Virus record (IMG/VR): IMGVR_UViG_3300042453_005121
Coordinates: 86,763-150,762 of that record
From: a virus
Direction: 5' to 3' (one strand)
DNA length: 64,000 nucleotides
The notes under the pieces are model-generated. The model was not told the DNA's origin and searched no databases. It saw nothing but the letters and a program-made list of their open reading frames with translations. Both the position numbers and the translations under genes were made by a program. Positions 33,950 through 43,659 of the stretch are shown piece by piece. How positions within the stretch are numbered: position 1 is the stretch's first letter; the number at the start of each line of letters is the position of its first letter.

Positions 33950-34570
33950 ATGTTGGAAGAGATCGCCGACAACATACGGCAGAAACTTAAAAACCAGCAC
34001 GTTCCTCCAAGGATACTCTTGGACAGGTTCAGGCTGATAGACGAAAACTCGCGCAGGAGCGGACAATATCTTGATCCGAACTACCTGCCGTTTTATTACC
34101 ATCTATCCAAATTCGTCCATCCCAAAGAAATCCTGCACGTCGGCTTGGACCTCGGACTTCCGAGTTGCTGTTTCCTTCTCGGATCAAAGTCCGTCACGGG
34201 GGTTCTTGGTTTTCAAAGAAAATCTAAATTTTTCTATTCTCCGAGGATCGCCGTCTCCAACATGAGGGACGTTAAGGGGAAGAGATTGAACGTGGGATTC
34301 CATTACGGATCAATTTTAGACGACGACATGCAGAAAAAAATGTCCGGAGGCGTGGACCTCGTTCTTATAACGGAAAGGTGCTCGCACGATCAAATTTCCG
34401 AGACTCTTGAAGTTTGTTGGGAAAGAACGAGACTGGACGGGTTCTTGGTGGTAGATCACATATCGGGCAAGGACGGCTTCGGAGACGTGTGTAGAAACTT
34501 TTGCAAATCAAAAAACGCACCCTTTATAGATTTGGCCACTAGATACGGCACTATGATCATACGAAAGTGA
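33950..34570 (+). CDS. Class I methyltransferase-like protein (degenerate)
   Basis: ILHVGLDLG, VDLVLI, DGFLVVDH. Confidence 0.45.
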   Translation: MLEEIADNIRQKLKNQHVPPRILLDRFRLIDENSRRSGQYLDPNYLPFYYHLSKFVHPKEILHVGLDLGLPSCCFLLGSKSVTGVLGFQRKSKFFYSPRIAVSNMRDVKGKRLNVGFHYGSILDDDMQKKMSGGVDLVLITERCSHDQISETLEVCWERTRLDGFLVVDHISGKDGFGDVCRNFCKSKNAPFIDLATRYGTMIIRK

Positions 34571-34682
34571 GGGGGCGAACGAGTTCCATCACATGATCAC
34601 TCCTAATGTGGTGACGAAACAGGTTGAAGCCGCTCTCAATGCTTGATGTCAAGAAAGATCAATCCTCTTACTATTTTATTTC

Positions 34683-35396
34683 ATGGGATATGAAATAGTG
34701 TTTCATTACAAGGAGGCTTCTTCTCCCGGTGTCTACGGGGACGAATTGAAGACCAAGAATTGCAAGATAGGGAAGGTCACCGAGGACGTGGGTTTGGAGG
34801 TTCTCGCGGCCAAGATCATGAGCCAGTTGGCCAGAAGGAATATACTTATCACCGACGTTGAAATATATGAATTCGCCAAGAAGAAGTTGAACTACAGGGA
34901 GACTTCCGACGGCATAGTTCTGAAAAACAAAAAATTCAGTTTTGACTCGGGCACGGTCCTCACGACCGATGAATTTTCCGAGGACGAAGATTTCAAGCCG
35001 ATTCCGTCTCCATCCAGGGACTTGGCCGACCAATCGTGCCCGGTGACGAGGACTCAATCGCCGCGACCGCACAAGAGGGCCATTCGTCACGAGTTGTTTG
35101 AACCCGAGCCGCTCGCCCTCCACAAGGCCCAGCAGAAGGGGCTCAAGTTCACGGTCGGCAAGAAATATCCCATTTATTCCGAATCGTCCATGGGCACCTC
35201 GGTGATCTACAAGACCACTGACGACAAGGGGCGGGACGTGGACGTCAGTTCCGAATATTTCATGGCTATGGGGGCCGGACTCCTGCAGCAGGACGATGGC
35301 CCGAAGTACGTGGGGGCGGAGAATCAGAAGGAAGAGATAAATCTTTGGCGGAACTACGAACAGACCGACATGCCCGATATAAGAGGAAGGAATTAA
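34683..35396 (+). CDS. Hypothetical protein
   Basis: 237-aa ORF in the operon. Confidence 0.7.
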   Translation: MGYEIVFHYKEASSPGVYGDELKTKNCKIGKVTEDVGLEVLAAKIMSQLARRNILITDVEIYEFAKKKLNYRETSDGIVLKNKKFSFDSGTVLTTDEFSEDEDFKPIPSPSRDLADQSCPVTRTQSPRPHKRAIRHELFEPEPLALHKAQQKGLKFTVGKKYPIYSESSMGTSVIYKTTDDKGRDVDVSSEYFMAMGAGLLQQDDGPKYVGAENQKEEINLWRNYEQTDMPDIRGRN

Positions 35397-35397
35397 A

Positions 35398-35823
35398 ATG
35401 GCTACAAAAAGACAGCAGGAGAGAAAGAAGAAGGCAAGGGAGCAGAAGGCCAAGGCGAGGGTTGAGGCTAGGAGGCACAAGTTGGCCTTGGTGAGGAAGG
35501 ACGAGCGCAGATCGGTCGTTTTGAATCACAAGTTCAGAGACAAGATCAAGCCGATCGTCAATGATCCGGAGGCCAAGAAGAGACTTGAGGAGGCTGAGAA
35601 TCGCCGTAATATAAAGAAGCTTGAAAACAACGCCGAGATATTAAAAGCTCTTGAAGAGGAGTACATGAGGGAAATGGAGCGGAAAAAGACCCTGAATCAG
35701 AACCTAGAGGCTGAAGGACATCTGACACTGGAAGACAAACTCGGGGCCTTGGAGGGTAAGGCGAGGGCCTCCATGGAAGGCGAGGAGCGGGAGACCGGCC
35801 GCATTGATCTGACCCAAAGTTGA
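35398..35823 (+). CDS. Hypothetical charged coiled-coil protein
   Basis: 141-aa ORF with AAGGA SD. Confidence 0.7.
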   Translation: MATKRQQERKKKAREQKAKARVEARRHKLALVRKDERRSVVLNHKFRDKIKPIVNDPEAKKRLEEAENRRNIKKLENNAEILKALEEEYMREMERKKTLNQNLEAEGHLTLEDKLGALEGKARASMEGEERETGRIDLTQS

Positions 35824-35852
35824 TTTGTTCTAAAAAAATCTGCTAAAGCCTA

Positions 35853-35881
35853 TTGACTTCTTATACGATATAACCTATAAC
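35853..35881 (+). promoter_or_regulatory. Sigma70-type promoter of the SSB gene
   Basis: TTGACT-17 nt-TATAAC with an A-rich upstream element. Confidence 0.7.
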
Positions 35882-35944
35882 ATGAACATGCGACGCAGAT
35901 GCGACGCTTGAACTTGAGATAACCTTTAACAACGGAGAACTAAC

Positions 35945-36874
35945 ATGGGACTTGATCTTGGCTCGCTTCAGAATGACTATAAGACGCTCAAATCCACAGA
36001 GGGATCGGGCGGTTCCTTCCTTGAGAATTTTGTCAGAATGCCCGAGGGCAAGGGAAGCGTCGTGATGCGTCTTCTTCCCCCCGCTCCCAAGGGCTCCTTC
36101 GGCCGCGACGACAACCCCTTCTACCTCGTCACCGCCCTTCACAGGGTGAACGGCAAGAGCCTCCACGACATCCGCGACTATGTGGGTGGCAAGTGGGTCG
36201 GCAAGAACCCGATCGTGGAGTACATGAGGCTCCTTTGGAAGGAGAGCGAGCAGTCCGCTCCCGCCGAGGCCGAGCAGAAGCGGAACCTCTACAGGCAGAT
36301 CAAGCCGATTGAGAGGTATTACTACAACGTGATCGTCCGCGAGGAGAGGTCCGAGGACGGCACCGTCAAGAAGAACGTTGGTCCCAAGATTCTTTCAGTC
36401 GGCAAGACCGTCCATGAGATCATTCTTCGTGGCATTCTTGGCGACAAGGAGATGAACCAGCCCCAGTTGGGCGACGTTACGGAATTCAAGACAGGTTACG
36501 ACTTCAAGCTCGTGAAAACGATCCGCAAGTCGGGAGAGCAGAGTTTCCCCAATTACGAGGGTTCGCACTTCCTCGAGCAGTCGCCCGCCGGTGATCCCGA
36601 CGAGTGCAAGCGCTGGATGACGAGCCTCCACGACCTCAAGGCCCTCAGGGTCCTTAAGACCTACGAGGAACTTGAGCACGAGTTGCTTGTCCATCTGGGA
36701 CTCAAGCAGGACGCGGGCGGTTTTGATCCGTCTAAGTACTCGTCCAAGCCCGCCGTTGCTGAACAGGCTCCCGCCAAGCCCGCAGTGGCCGCCGTCAAGG
36801 TTGAGTCCGATGATTCGGACGACGACGAGATCGCCGACAAAGATTTTCTGGAAGAGTTGAGAAAGCTCGGTTGA
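35945..36874 (+). CDS. Single-stranded DNA-binding protein (T4 gp32-like)
   Basis: RLLP, RYYYNVIVR, GYDFKL, PNYEGS, acidic C-terminal tail. Confidence 0.85.
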   Translation: MGLDLGSLQNDYKTLKSTEGSGGSFLENFVRMPEGKGSVVMRLLPPAPKGSFGRDDNPFYLVTALHRVNGKSLHDIRDYVGGKWVGKNPIVEYMRLLWKESEQSAPAEAEQKRNLYRQIKPIERYYYNVIVREERSEDGTVKKNVGPKILSVGKTVHEIILRGILGDKEMNQPQLGDVTEFKTGYDFKLVKTIRKSGEQSFPNYEGSHFLEQSPAGDPDECKRWMTSLHDLKALRVLKTYEELEHELLVHLGLKQDAGGFDPSKYSSKPAVAEQAPAKPAVAAVKVESDDSDDDEIADKDFLEELRKLG

Positions 36875-36886
36875 TTTGATAAGAGC

Positions 36887-36922
36887 GACCTCTCCCGGGG
36901 CAATCGGGCCCCGGGAGAGGTC
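36887..36922 (+). terminator. Strong 15-bp GC hairpin after the SSB gene (terminator or mRNA-stabilising stem)
   Basis: GACCTCTCCCGGGGC-N6-GCCCCGGGAGAGGTC with only a weak T tail. Confidence 0.65.
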
Positions 36923-36959
36923 TAATTTAATCGTCGCACATCAAAAAAAGGAACAAATA

Positions 36960-38153
36960 ATGGCCAAGGCGAAATCAAAGAATGAGGATTCGGTCCTGGA
37001 TGAAATCCTCAATTCCACCGGAGGCGAGACACTCCGCCATGCCGGTCAAGTACCGTATTATGTGGACACCGGCAATCTAGCGATCAACTTCGCCTGTAGC
37101 GGAAAGTTTATGAAGGGCGGATTCCCCGGCGGCAGGATCATAGAGGCCTTTGGCCCCGAGGCGTCCGGAAAGTCGCTTCTTGGTTATTGTTTCCTGGGAG
37201 CGATACAAAAGCAGGGTGGAATCGCCGTGCTCCTTGATTGCGAGAGGTCAAGCGGCAGCGATTTCGCGGAGCGGTGTGGTCACGTTGATCCCGACAAGCT
37301 ACTTGTTTTTGACCCCGTGACGCTCCAGCAGGTGGAGAAGAAGATTCTTGCCGTCGTCAAGGCGATCCGGGCCAAGTTCCCCAAGAAGCCCATCGGGATC
37401 GTCTGGGACAGCATCGGCGTCAACCCGACCGACAGGGAATGGAGCGAGGTGGAACTCCCTGAGAATGCCACCAAGGCCCAGATTGACGCCGTGGGTAATG
37501 AGCGCCCCGGCGAGAGGGCCAAGTTCGCCAATAAGATTCTCCGCAGCCTCAATCCTTTTCTCAACGACAACGACGCCACCCTGTATGTGATCAATCAGGT
37601 TAGGAAGAAGATCGGCGTAATTTACGGCAACGACGAGACCACCAGCGGTGGCGGCGAGGCCCTTAAGTTCTACGCCTCGCTCAGGTTCAGGACAGGAGCT
37701 CCCAAGGCCTTCCAAGACAAGAACACCAAGCTCTCCCTCGGGGTCAACATGACCATCGTCAATAAGAAAAACAGGCACTTCACGCCCGGCGTGAAGATTG
37801 AGAATGTGCCTCTTTTCTTTGAATCGGGCATTAATCCGCTCGGGGGTCTTATGGATGCCCTTTTGATGGCCAAGAGGGTGGAGCCCGCCAAGGGGGCCGG
37901 AAAATACACGGTGCTTTCCCCGTGGAACGGGGGCGACGAAGAAGCGGTTTTCCAGCAGTCCAAGTCCTCTCCTTTTGACGCGGACATTCTCATGAAATAT
38001 CCGCTTCTGGTGGACGCCGAAAGTTCCGACGAGGTGAAGGAATACATCAAGGAGTGGTCGGACGCCATAGCACTGACCACCAGCGACAGCGTCGAGCAGA
38101 TCGCGACCGAACAGGACGTCGGTCACCTCCTCGGGAGCAAGGGAGATGATTAA
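36960..38153 (+). CDS. uvsX: RecA-like recombinase (UvsX)
   Basis: GPEASGKS, WDSI, INQVR, GGEALKFYAS, KNR. Confidence 0.9.
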   Translation: MAKAKSKNEDSVLDEILNSTGGETLRHAGQVPYYVDTGNLAINFACSGKFMKGGFPGGRIIEAFGPEASGKSLLGYCFLGAIQKQGGIAVLLDCERSSGSDFAERCGHVDPDKLLVFDPVTLQQVEKKILAVVKAIRAKFPKKPIGIVWDSIGVNPTDREWSEVELPENATKAQIDAVGNERPGERAKFANKILRSLNPFLNDNDATLYVINQVRKKIGVIYGNDETTSGGGEALKFYASLRFRTGAPKAFQDKNTKLSLGVNMTIVNKKNRHFTPGVKIENVPLFFESGINPLGGLMDALLMAKRVEPAKGAGKYTVLSPWNGGDEEAVFQQSKSSPFDADILMKYPLLVDAESSDEVKEYIKEWSDAIALTTSDSVEQIATEQDVGHLLGSKGDD

Positions 38154-38361
38154 GATCAAGATTGATTTGAGCGACGACCAGGTTGATCAGATAGTGTTGG
38201 AAGAGATCAGAAGGCACTCCGAACTTCTGAAATCCAATATTGCTTCTCTCAAAAGAAAGAGAAGGCGCGAGAAGTACGAGCAGGAAGATTTGGACAGGTT
38301 CATTGAAGTGCATGCCGCGATGAAGGTTATCATCGGCTACTACGGCAGCCACATCAGTTGA
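38146..38361 (+). CDS. Hypothetical protein
   Basis: 71 aa, overlapping the uvsX stop. Confidence 0.55.
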   Translation: MIKIKIDLSDDQVDQIVLEEIRRHSELLKSNIASLKRKRRREKYEQEDLDRFIEVHAAMKVIIGYYGSHIS

Positions 38362-38590
38362 TCTTCTTGGCTTCTAAAATTTTGAACTCAACCCTGCGAC
38401 CTTTGTAGTTCTTGTCGCAGAGGGCCGGAACGAGTTTGGCAAGGTCAAGGACCTCGGTTTTATTTATGTCGGCCTTGACCACGAACATTTTCGCGCTGAA
38501 CGCCCGGCAGTATTCCTTCAACTGTTTGTGATTGCTCACGAGCGTGAAGAATCTTTTTTTGTCGCTCGTCTCCAGCAGCAGACATTTCAT
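38354..38590 (-). CDS. Hypothetical protein
   Basis: 78 aa with GGAG SD. Confidence 0.6.
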   Translation of the reverse strand: MKCLLLETSDKKRFFTLVSNHKQLKEYCRAFSAKMFVVKADINKTEVLDLAKLVPALCDKNYKGRRVEFKILEAKKIN

Positions 38591-38736
38591 TTGTTTTCTC
38601 CTATTTTGTTGATCATATCATTTTTTGATGTGATCGTCAAGGAATTTTTCCAAATTACATTCATGTTTTTGGATTTTGGACAAAGCATCTCATTTATTGT
38701 CGTTGTCAAGGATAAATAAAGGTCAGAGGGAATGGC

Positions 38737-39186
38737 ATGTCAAAATTTGATCGTAAGGTTGAAATCATGCGGAATATGGCCATTGATCTCGTGCCTTACA
38801 ATTTTCCCATGGGCCCGGTTGAGCTTGAATACCACATTTCGCCGTTGAAAAAAACCGAGGTGGAGGTTGACGGCTACACGGTCGTTTTTCATCTGAACAG
38901 GGCTTCCTACAAGGACCATTATTTAGAGACTTTTCAAGTCTACAACAAATATGCACCCTTTCTGCCTTTTTGTCTCGTGACCAAACTCGCCAAAAAGGTA
39001 CTGGGAGGACATTTTCTTTCGCTTGTGGAATTCTATCAGGATGACCACAAAATTTATTGCTGGAGCGTGTGTCTTGATGACCGCGGCAGGCCGATTTCTT
39101 CTCCCATAAAAGAACAATCCAAGCCTAGGGTGTTTGAAGGATTTGAATACATGTACATGACCCCGGAGCAACTAAATTTGTATTGA
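38737..39186 (+). CDS. Hypothetical protein
   Basis: 149 aa with ATAAATA upstream. Confidence 0.65.
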   Translation: MSKFDRKVEIMRNMAIDLVPYNFPMGPVELEYHISPLKKTEVEVDGYTVVFHLNRASYKDHYLETFQVYNKYAPFLPFCLVTKLAKKVLGGHFLSLVEFYQDDHKIYCWSVCLDDRGRPISSPIKEQSKPRVFEGFEYMYMTPEQLNLY

Positions 39187-39226
39187 TTTGATTGGAATCT
39201 TTTCTTGATGATACGGAGGGCAACCT

Positions 39227-39532
39227 ATGAAGATCGCGAGCAAGAGCAAGGTTCAACAAATTTTCATGGAGCATCTCATGAGGGATGGGGCCGTGGAACT
39301 GGCCCTTCCTAATGGAATGGTTCTTGAGGTGGGCGTCACTCAAGAAAACAGATACGGGGATCTGGAGATAATGCCGGACTACTGCTGGGTCATAGCATCC
39401 CAGAAGAACAGATCGGTCAGCATAGATCGCTACAATCTCGGCCTTCGTTATTCCGGAGACAGGGAGATTGTTTGCGAGCACTCCACCATGTCTCCGGACG
39501 GAACGAACATAAAGATATTGGACGTCATCTGA
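39227..39532 (+). CDS. Hypothetical protein
   Basis: 101 aa with GGAGG SD. Confidence 0.65.
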   Translation: MKIASKSKVQQIFMEHLMRDGAVELALPNGMVLEVGVTQENRYGDLEIMPDYCWVIASQKNRSVSIDRYNLGLRYSGDREIVCEHSTMSPDGTNIKILDVI

Positions 39533-39626
39533 AACTGATATTGACCAGTCTCAATTTGTCTAATAAAATATACCCAGTTCTACGGACTGTTGTTGTCCGT
39601 GATTTCGTTGATTCATGGAGTTTTTT

Positions 39627-39899
39627 ATGGCAAAGGCCGTTAAGTTGGGAAAGTCCGAAGCAGGTTTGATAAAGCAGTATTGTTCTCGTGTTTCCGACGA
39701 GGATTTGATGAATCTCGCTCAACTCCTCCCACAGACCATCGCGTTTGACAGGTCCGTGGCGTGTGCCATCGTCCAGAAGGACAAGGAAGTTGACAGGTGG
39801 CTGTCGCAGGCGTCTGGTTCCGAGGATTTTTTCGCGAAGATTGACGGAATAGGCGAGCACGCCGTTGCCGAATTGGAAGTCAGGGCGAAGAAGAAATAG
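39627..39899 (+). CDS. Hypothetical protein
   Basis: 90 aa with GGAG SD. Confidence 0.6.
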   Translation: MAKAVKLGKSEAGLIKQYCSRVSDEDLMNLAQLLPQTIAFDRSVACAIVQKDKEVDRWLSQASGSEDFFAKIDGIGEHAVAELEVRAKKK

Positions 39900-39916
39900 G
39901 TTCGGGGGGGAAGGGA

Positions 39917-39955
39917 GACCCGCCGCCGGTTTTTGCCGGCGGCGGGTCGTTTTTT
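39917..39955 (+). terminator. Rho-independent terminator-like hairpin abutting the next start codon
   Basis: GACCCGCCGCCGG-N6-CCGGCGGCGGGTC-GTTTTTT. Confidence 0.75.
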
Positions 39956-41977
39956 ATGTCAATAATACATCTGAAAGATCAGCCGGAACTCGTGTCCACG
40001 TCCTCTTTTGAGTACGGGCAGTATCCGTTTGAGCAATTCAACCAGGTGCAGAGCAGGGTCTTTGAGGTCCATGGCAACAATTGCAATTGCGTGATCGCGG
40101 CTCCTACGGGCGTGGGCAAGACTATATGTGCCGAGATGTTCATGGCCCACGAGGTCAAATCCAGAGGCGGAAAAGCCATATATCTCGCTCCGCTAAGGGC
40201 TTTGGCCAAGGAGAAGATTGACGATTGGACGTCTGATAATTCAATCTTTGCTGGCTGCAAGATTTCCATCTGCACGGGCGACTACAGGCTCACCGAGGCC
40301 CGTCACAAGGAGATGGAAGAGGCCGACATCATCATCATGACATCGGAGATGCTCAACTCCAGATGCAGGAACATGCAGTCCGAGAAGAATGATTTTCTTA
40401 AGGATTGCGGAACCATCGTCGTGGACGAGTCCCATTTGCTGACTGTTCCCGGACGTGGAGATCACCTTGAGGTGGGGCTGATGAAGTTCTCTAGGATTGC
40501 ACGCGACCCCCGGATCGTATTTCTTTCGGCGACGATGCCCAACGTGGATCAAATTGCAAGTTGGGTCGGATGCAGCATTGTCCGCAAGGACACTTATCTG
40601 ATCACGTCCGACTACAGGCCGTGTCCTCTGGATATACATTACGAAGAATACGAGTCTTCCGGAACCTACGACATGACCGAGGAGTACAAGGTCTCCAAGG
40701 TCGTTGACCTCGTCAAAGAGTACAAGGGGGACAAATTTCTGGTTTTCGTGCACGCCAAGGCCACCGGCGAGAGGGTGCGAAAGGCCTTGGAGGAAAGAAA
40801 TGTCAAGTGCGAATTCCACAGCGCCGATTTGGAAAAGGAAAAAAGGCACGATGTGGAAAAAAGGTTCAAGCATGGCGATCTGAGAGTCTTGATCGCTACG
40901 AGCACGGTTGCTTGGGGGTGTAATTTACCCGCTCGCCGAGTTGTAATAGCGGGCGTACACCGGGGCATGACGGAAGTAGAGACCTACGACATATTCCAGA
41001 TGGCGGGCCGCGCGGGTCGGCCGGGTTTTGATCCGAGGGGCGACGTGCACATCCTCCTTCCGGAAGGCAATTCCGATCATCACATTGATCGTCTCTCGCG
41101 TCCAAAGAACATTGAATCTCAATTGTTGAGCCACGCCGGCAGGATAGACGATCCGCACTATAAGACTTTGGCCTTTCACATCGTCAGCGAGATTCACCAC
41201 GGCGAAATATCAACAAAGGACGACGTACACCATTGGTATGAAAAATCTCTGGCTCACTTCCAATACAAGGATTTGGACGAAACCATCGTTGATAAGACCA
41301 TAGATCTTCTCATGAGGGTCGGAGCCATAAAGGAATTGGATGGCAAGTACGAGGTGACCTCCGTCGGCAAGGTCTCCAGCATGCTCTACTACAGTCCCTT
41401 TGACGTTGCCGACCTCAGGAGGAATTTTAAGTTTCTTTTCTCCAACAATCTTCAGGGCAATGACATGGCCTTGTCTCTCGCCCTTGGCAATGTTGATTCA
41501 ATAAGAAACGGTTTTGTGACGAGGGCAGAGAAGGACGAGATGGAAGACTTTGCCGCACGCGTCCAGCGAGCCTACGGCGGCAATTATATGGAATCTTCTA
41601 TCAAGGGCGCTTACGTCTACAACTGTCTTTTGAATGGACTTAATTTGGGTCCATTCGCAGCCATGGCCAGGGGGCTTCAGTTGGATTACGAAAGGCTTTC
41701 CACGGTGTTGAACATGCTTGATTCCATGGCCGCCAAATGGAACAAGAGGGATTACTTCAGAGATGTTGAGTTGAGGGTCGCATACGGCGTGAGGCCCGAA
41801 CTCGTGGAGTTGTGTCGGCTTCCTGGAATTGGCCGGGTCAGGGCAGAACGTTTGAATGCGGCTGGTTTCAAGAGACCAGGAGACCTTTTGAAGAATCCGG
41901 TCTTGGTGAAGAAAATACTCAACATGAAGGAAGAGAAGGTGTTGGAGATATTAAAATCCATCAGGAGCGTTTCTTAG
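39956..41977 (+). CDS. Ski2/Hel308-like SF2 helicase
   Basis: FNQVQ, APTGVGKT, PLRALA, DESH, LSAT, GCNLPAR, QMAGRAGRPG, C-terminal HhH LPGIGRVRA. Confidence 0.88.
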   Translation: MSIIHLKDQPELVSTSSFEYGQYPFEQFNQVQSRVFEVHGNNCNCVIAAPTGVGKTICAEMFMAHEVKSRGGKAIYLAPLRALAKEKIDDWTSDNSIFAGCKISICTGDYRLTEARHKEMEEADIIIMTSEMLNSRCRNMQSEKNDFLKDCGTIVVDESHLLTVPGRGDHLEVGLMKFSRIARDPRIVFLSATMPNVDQIASWVGCSIVRKDTYLITSDYRPCPLDIHYEEYESSGTYDMTEEYKVSKVVDLVKEYKGDKFLVFVHAKATGERVRKALEERNVKCEFHSADLEKEKRHDVEKRFKHGDLRVLIATSTVAWGCNLPARRVVIAGVHRGMTEVETYDIFQMAGRAGRPGFDPRGDVHILLPEGNSDHHIDRLSRPKNIESQLLSHAGRIDDPHYKTLAFHIVSEIHHGEISTKDDVHHWYEKSLAHFQYKDLDETIVDKTIDLLMRVGAIKELDGKYEVTSVGKVSSMLYYSPFDVADLRRNFKFLFSNNLQGNDMALSLALGNVDSIRNGFVTRAEKDEMEDFAARVQRAYGGNYMESSIKGAYVYNCLLNGLNLGPFAAMARGLQLDYERLSTVLNMLDSMAAKWNKRDYFRDVELRVAYGVRPELVELCRLPGIGRVRAERLNAAGFKRPGDLLKNPVLVKKILNMKEEKVLEILKSIRSVS

Positions 41978-42737
41978 TTCTTTTTCCTCTCACTCTTTCG
42001 GCTGCGAATTTTACCTTCCTCAGTAGCGCCTCCTTATTCAGTGTTATGGTCTTTCTGTCTTTATTGCTTTTTTGAATCCATATGGCTGGGGCTTGATAAT
42101 TGCAGTCTCTTTGTGTTTCGCAACACTTGAAGTTTCCTAGTAGTGATATCACTTCTACTTCTATTAAATCTCCATCTTCTACATCCGTTGCGTCCATAGA
42201 GCCATTTAGAAGCGTCGTCACTTGGCACAATCCAATGGCATCTGGATCAATGCAATTCTGAAATATGCTCCCGTCAACAGGCAAGCCGGGATATGTGGCT
42301 TTTACTGTTCCTTTTCCGACCGATTCTATGCCGCCCGAAGCCAAGTACAAGCAACACCCGTCTGTTGTCAAGTCAACTTTTACTTGTGCACATTCACAAG
42401 AGGATGAACTTGAAGAACTGCTGCTTGGGATTGACGGTATCAGGCCGCTTTCCGCGAACGTGAATCCGTTTGCCGAAAGAGTGTTCTTGGAGAAGGACGG
42501 TATTTCGAGGGGATATTTCTTTTTATTTTTCTTCTTTTTCTTGAATTTTAGTCCATTGAAGTTATAACCGTTGAACTCGCAGTCACAATTACATCCGCAA
42601 TCAAAATACAAACTGATGCTTTCGCAGCAATTGTCCGGGGGACAAAGATTGCCGCAGCAGTCCACGAAACATTGTTGTTTGGGATTGGTGGCCTTGGCCG
42701 GTTGCCCTCTCTTGAACGGTCCGCAGCAGTTTCCCAT
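41961..42737 (-). CDS. Cys-rich, poly-Ser hypothetical protein (possible virion decoration)
   Basis: About 20 Cys, a poly-Ser tract and a Lys run. Composition resembles the flanks of the LamG protein. Confidence 0.6.
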   Translation of the reverse strand: MGNCCGPFKRGQPAKATNPKQQCFVDCCGNLCPPDNCCESISLYFDCGCNCDCEFNGYNFNGLKFKKKKKNKKKYPLEIPSFSKNTLSANGFTFAESGLIPSIPSSSSSSSSSCECAQVKVDLTTDGCCLYLASGGIESVGKGTVKATYPGLPVDGSIFQNCIDPDAIGLCQVTTLLNGSMDATDVEDGDLIEVEVISLLGNFKCCETQRDCNYQAPAIWIQKSNKDRKTITLNKEALLRKVKFAAERVRGKRTKKRS

Positions 42738-42989
42738 CTACCTCCCAAAGAACCCCTCGGGGTACTCTATTTTCACTATGCCGTCCTTGTCGGTTTTTTC
42801 TCCTGTATTCGGGTCTTCCACCCACCATCTCACCTGTTGGACGGGTATTCCGAGTTCATCCATGTGGCAACTGTCGTCAGGGTCTACCGGCATATGGTGT
42901 TTCTGCCCGTCTACGAGTATTACCACTCCGCAGGTCTGGCTGGACCTGTCATAAAGCAGACAATTTCCACACTTGGCTTCCTTGGACAT
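42738..42989 (-). CDS. Small Cys-containing hypothetical protein
   Basis: CGNC motif. CTAGATA upstream at 43001-43007. Confidence 0.6.
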   Translation of the reverse strand: MSKEAKCGNCLLYDRSSQTCGVVILVDGQKHHMPVDPDDSCHMDELGIPVQQVRWWVEDPNTGEKTDKDGIVKIEYPEGFFGR

Positions 42990-43009
42990 TTTTTCACTTG
43001 TATCTAGGA

Positions 43010-43037
43010 TTGAAAAATCAAACTAAAGTAGTATAAT
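43010..43037 (+). promoter_or_regulatory. Sigma70-type promoter
   Basis: TTGAAA-16 nt-TATAAT. Confidence 0.65.
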
Positions 43038-43059
43038 AACGATTCAAAAGGGTTAAAAA

Positions 43060-43659
43060 ATGAAACTTATAGGCTGTGCGGGTCAGGCGAGGAATGGCAA
43101 GGATGTCACGGCGGACCACCTCGCTCGCAAACTGGGGTGGAATAGGGGTGCTTTTGCCTCAAATGTAAAGCGCATATTCTGTGACGCATTCGGGGTGGAT
43201 TATGAGTTTATAGAGCACTGGAAGACCGTTCCCAACGCCCCCGAAGACTTCCAGATGGCAGTGAGGAACGCCCTTCAATTTATAGGGGATGGATTCCGCC
43301 AGATCAAGGGCGAGGTGTGGATTGACATGCTTTTGCGGGATGAGCCTGATTCGCTAATAATATCGGACATCAGATATGTCAATGAATTGAGGGCGGTCAG
43401 AAAGAGGGGTGGCGTGAATGTATTGATTTACCGGCCCGGCTTCATGAACGACGACCCGAATGATTCGGAAGCGGTCATGCGCAGGTTTGCGACTCATTTT
43501 TTGAAGATGGGACGCGAGGGGTCGGTGAGCTCCAGCGGGGACTACGGCCTTGTGGATTTCTTTATTGTGAACGACGGTTCCGTTGACGACCTTTTCGCGA
43601 AGATAGACGATCTGGTTGTCCCTCACCTGTCGCTATTGTCTCAGGCCACGCTCGTCTGA
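43060..43659 (+). CDS. Deoxynucleoside monophosphate kinase (T4 gp1-like)
   Basis: GQARNGKD, RNALQFIGD, ISDIRYVNE, NDG. Confidence 0.85.
   Translation: MKLIGCAGQARNGKDVTADHLARKLGWNRGAFASNVKRIFCDAFGVDYEFIEHWKTVPNAPEDFQMAVRNALQFIGDGFRQIKGEVWIDMLLRDEPDSLIISDIRYVNELRAVRKRGGVNVLIYRPGFMNDDPNDSEAVMRRFATHFLKMGREGSVSSSGDYGLVDFFIVNDGSVDDLFAKIDDLVVPHLSLLSQATLV

Noticed and set aside
34575-34625. Active hammerhead ribozyme
   Set aside because: The core reads CGAACGA rather than CUGANGA, and no stem III or cleavage triplet could be built.
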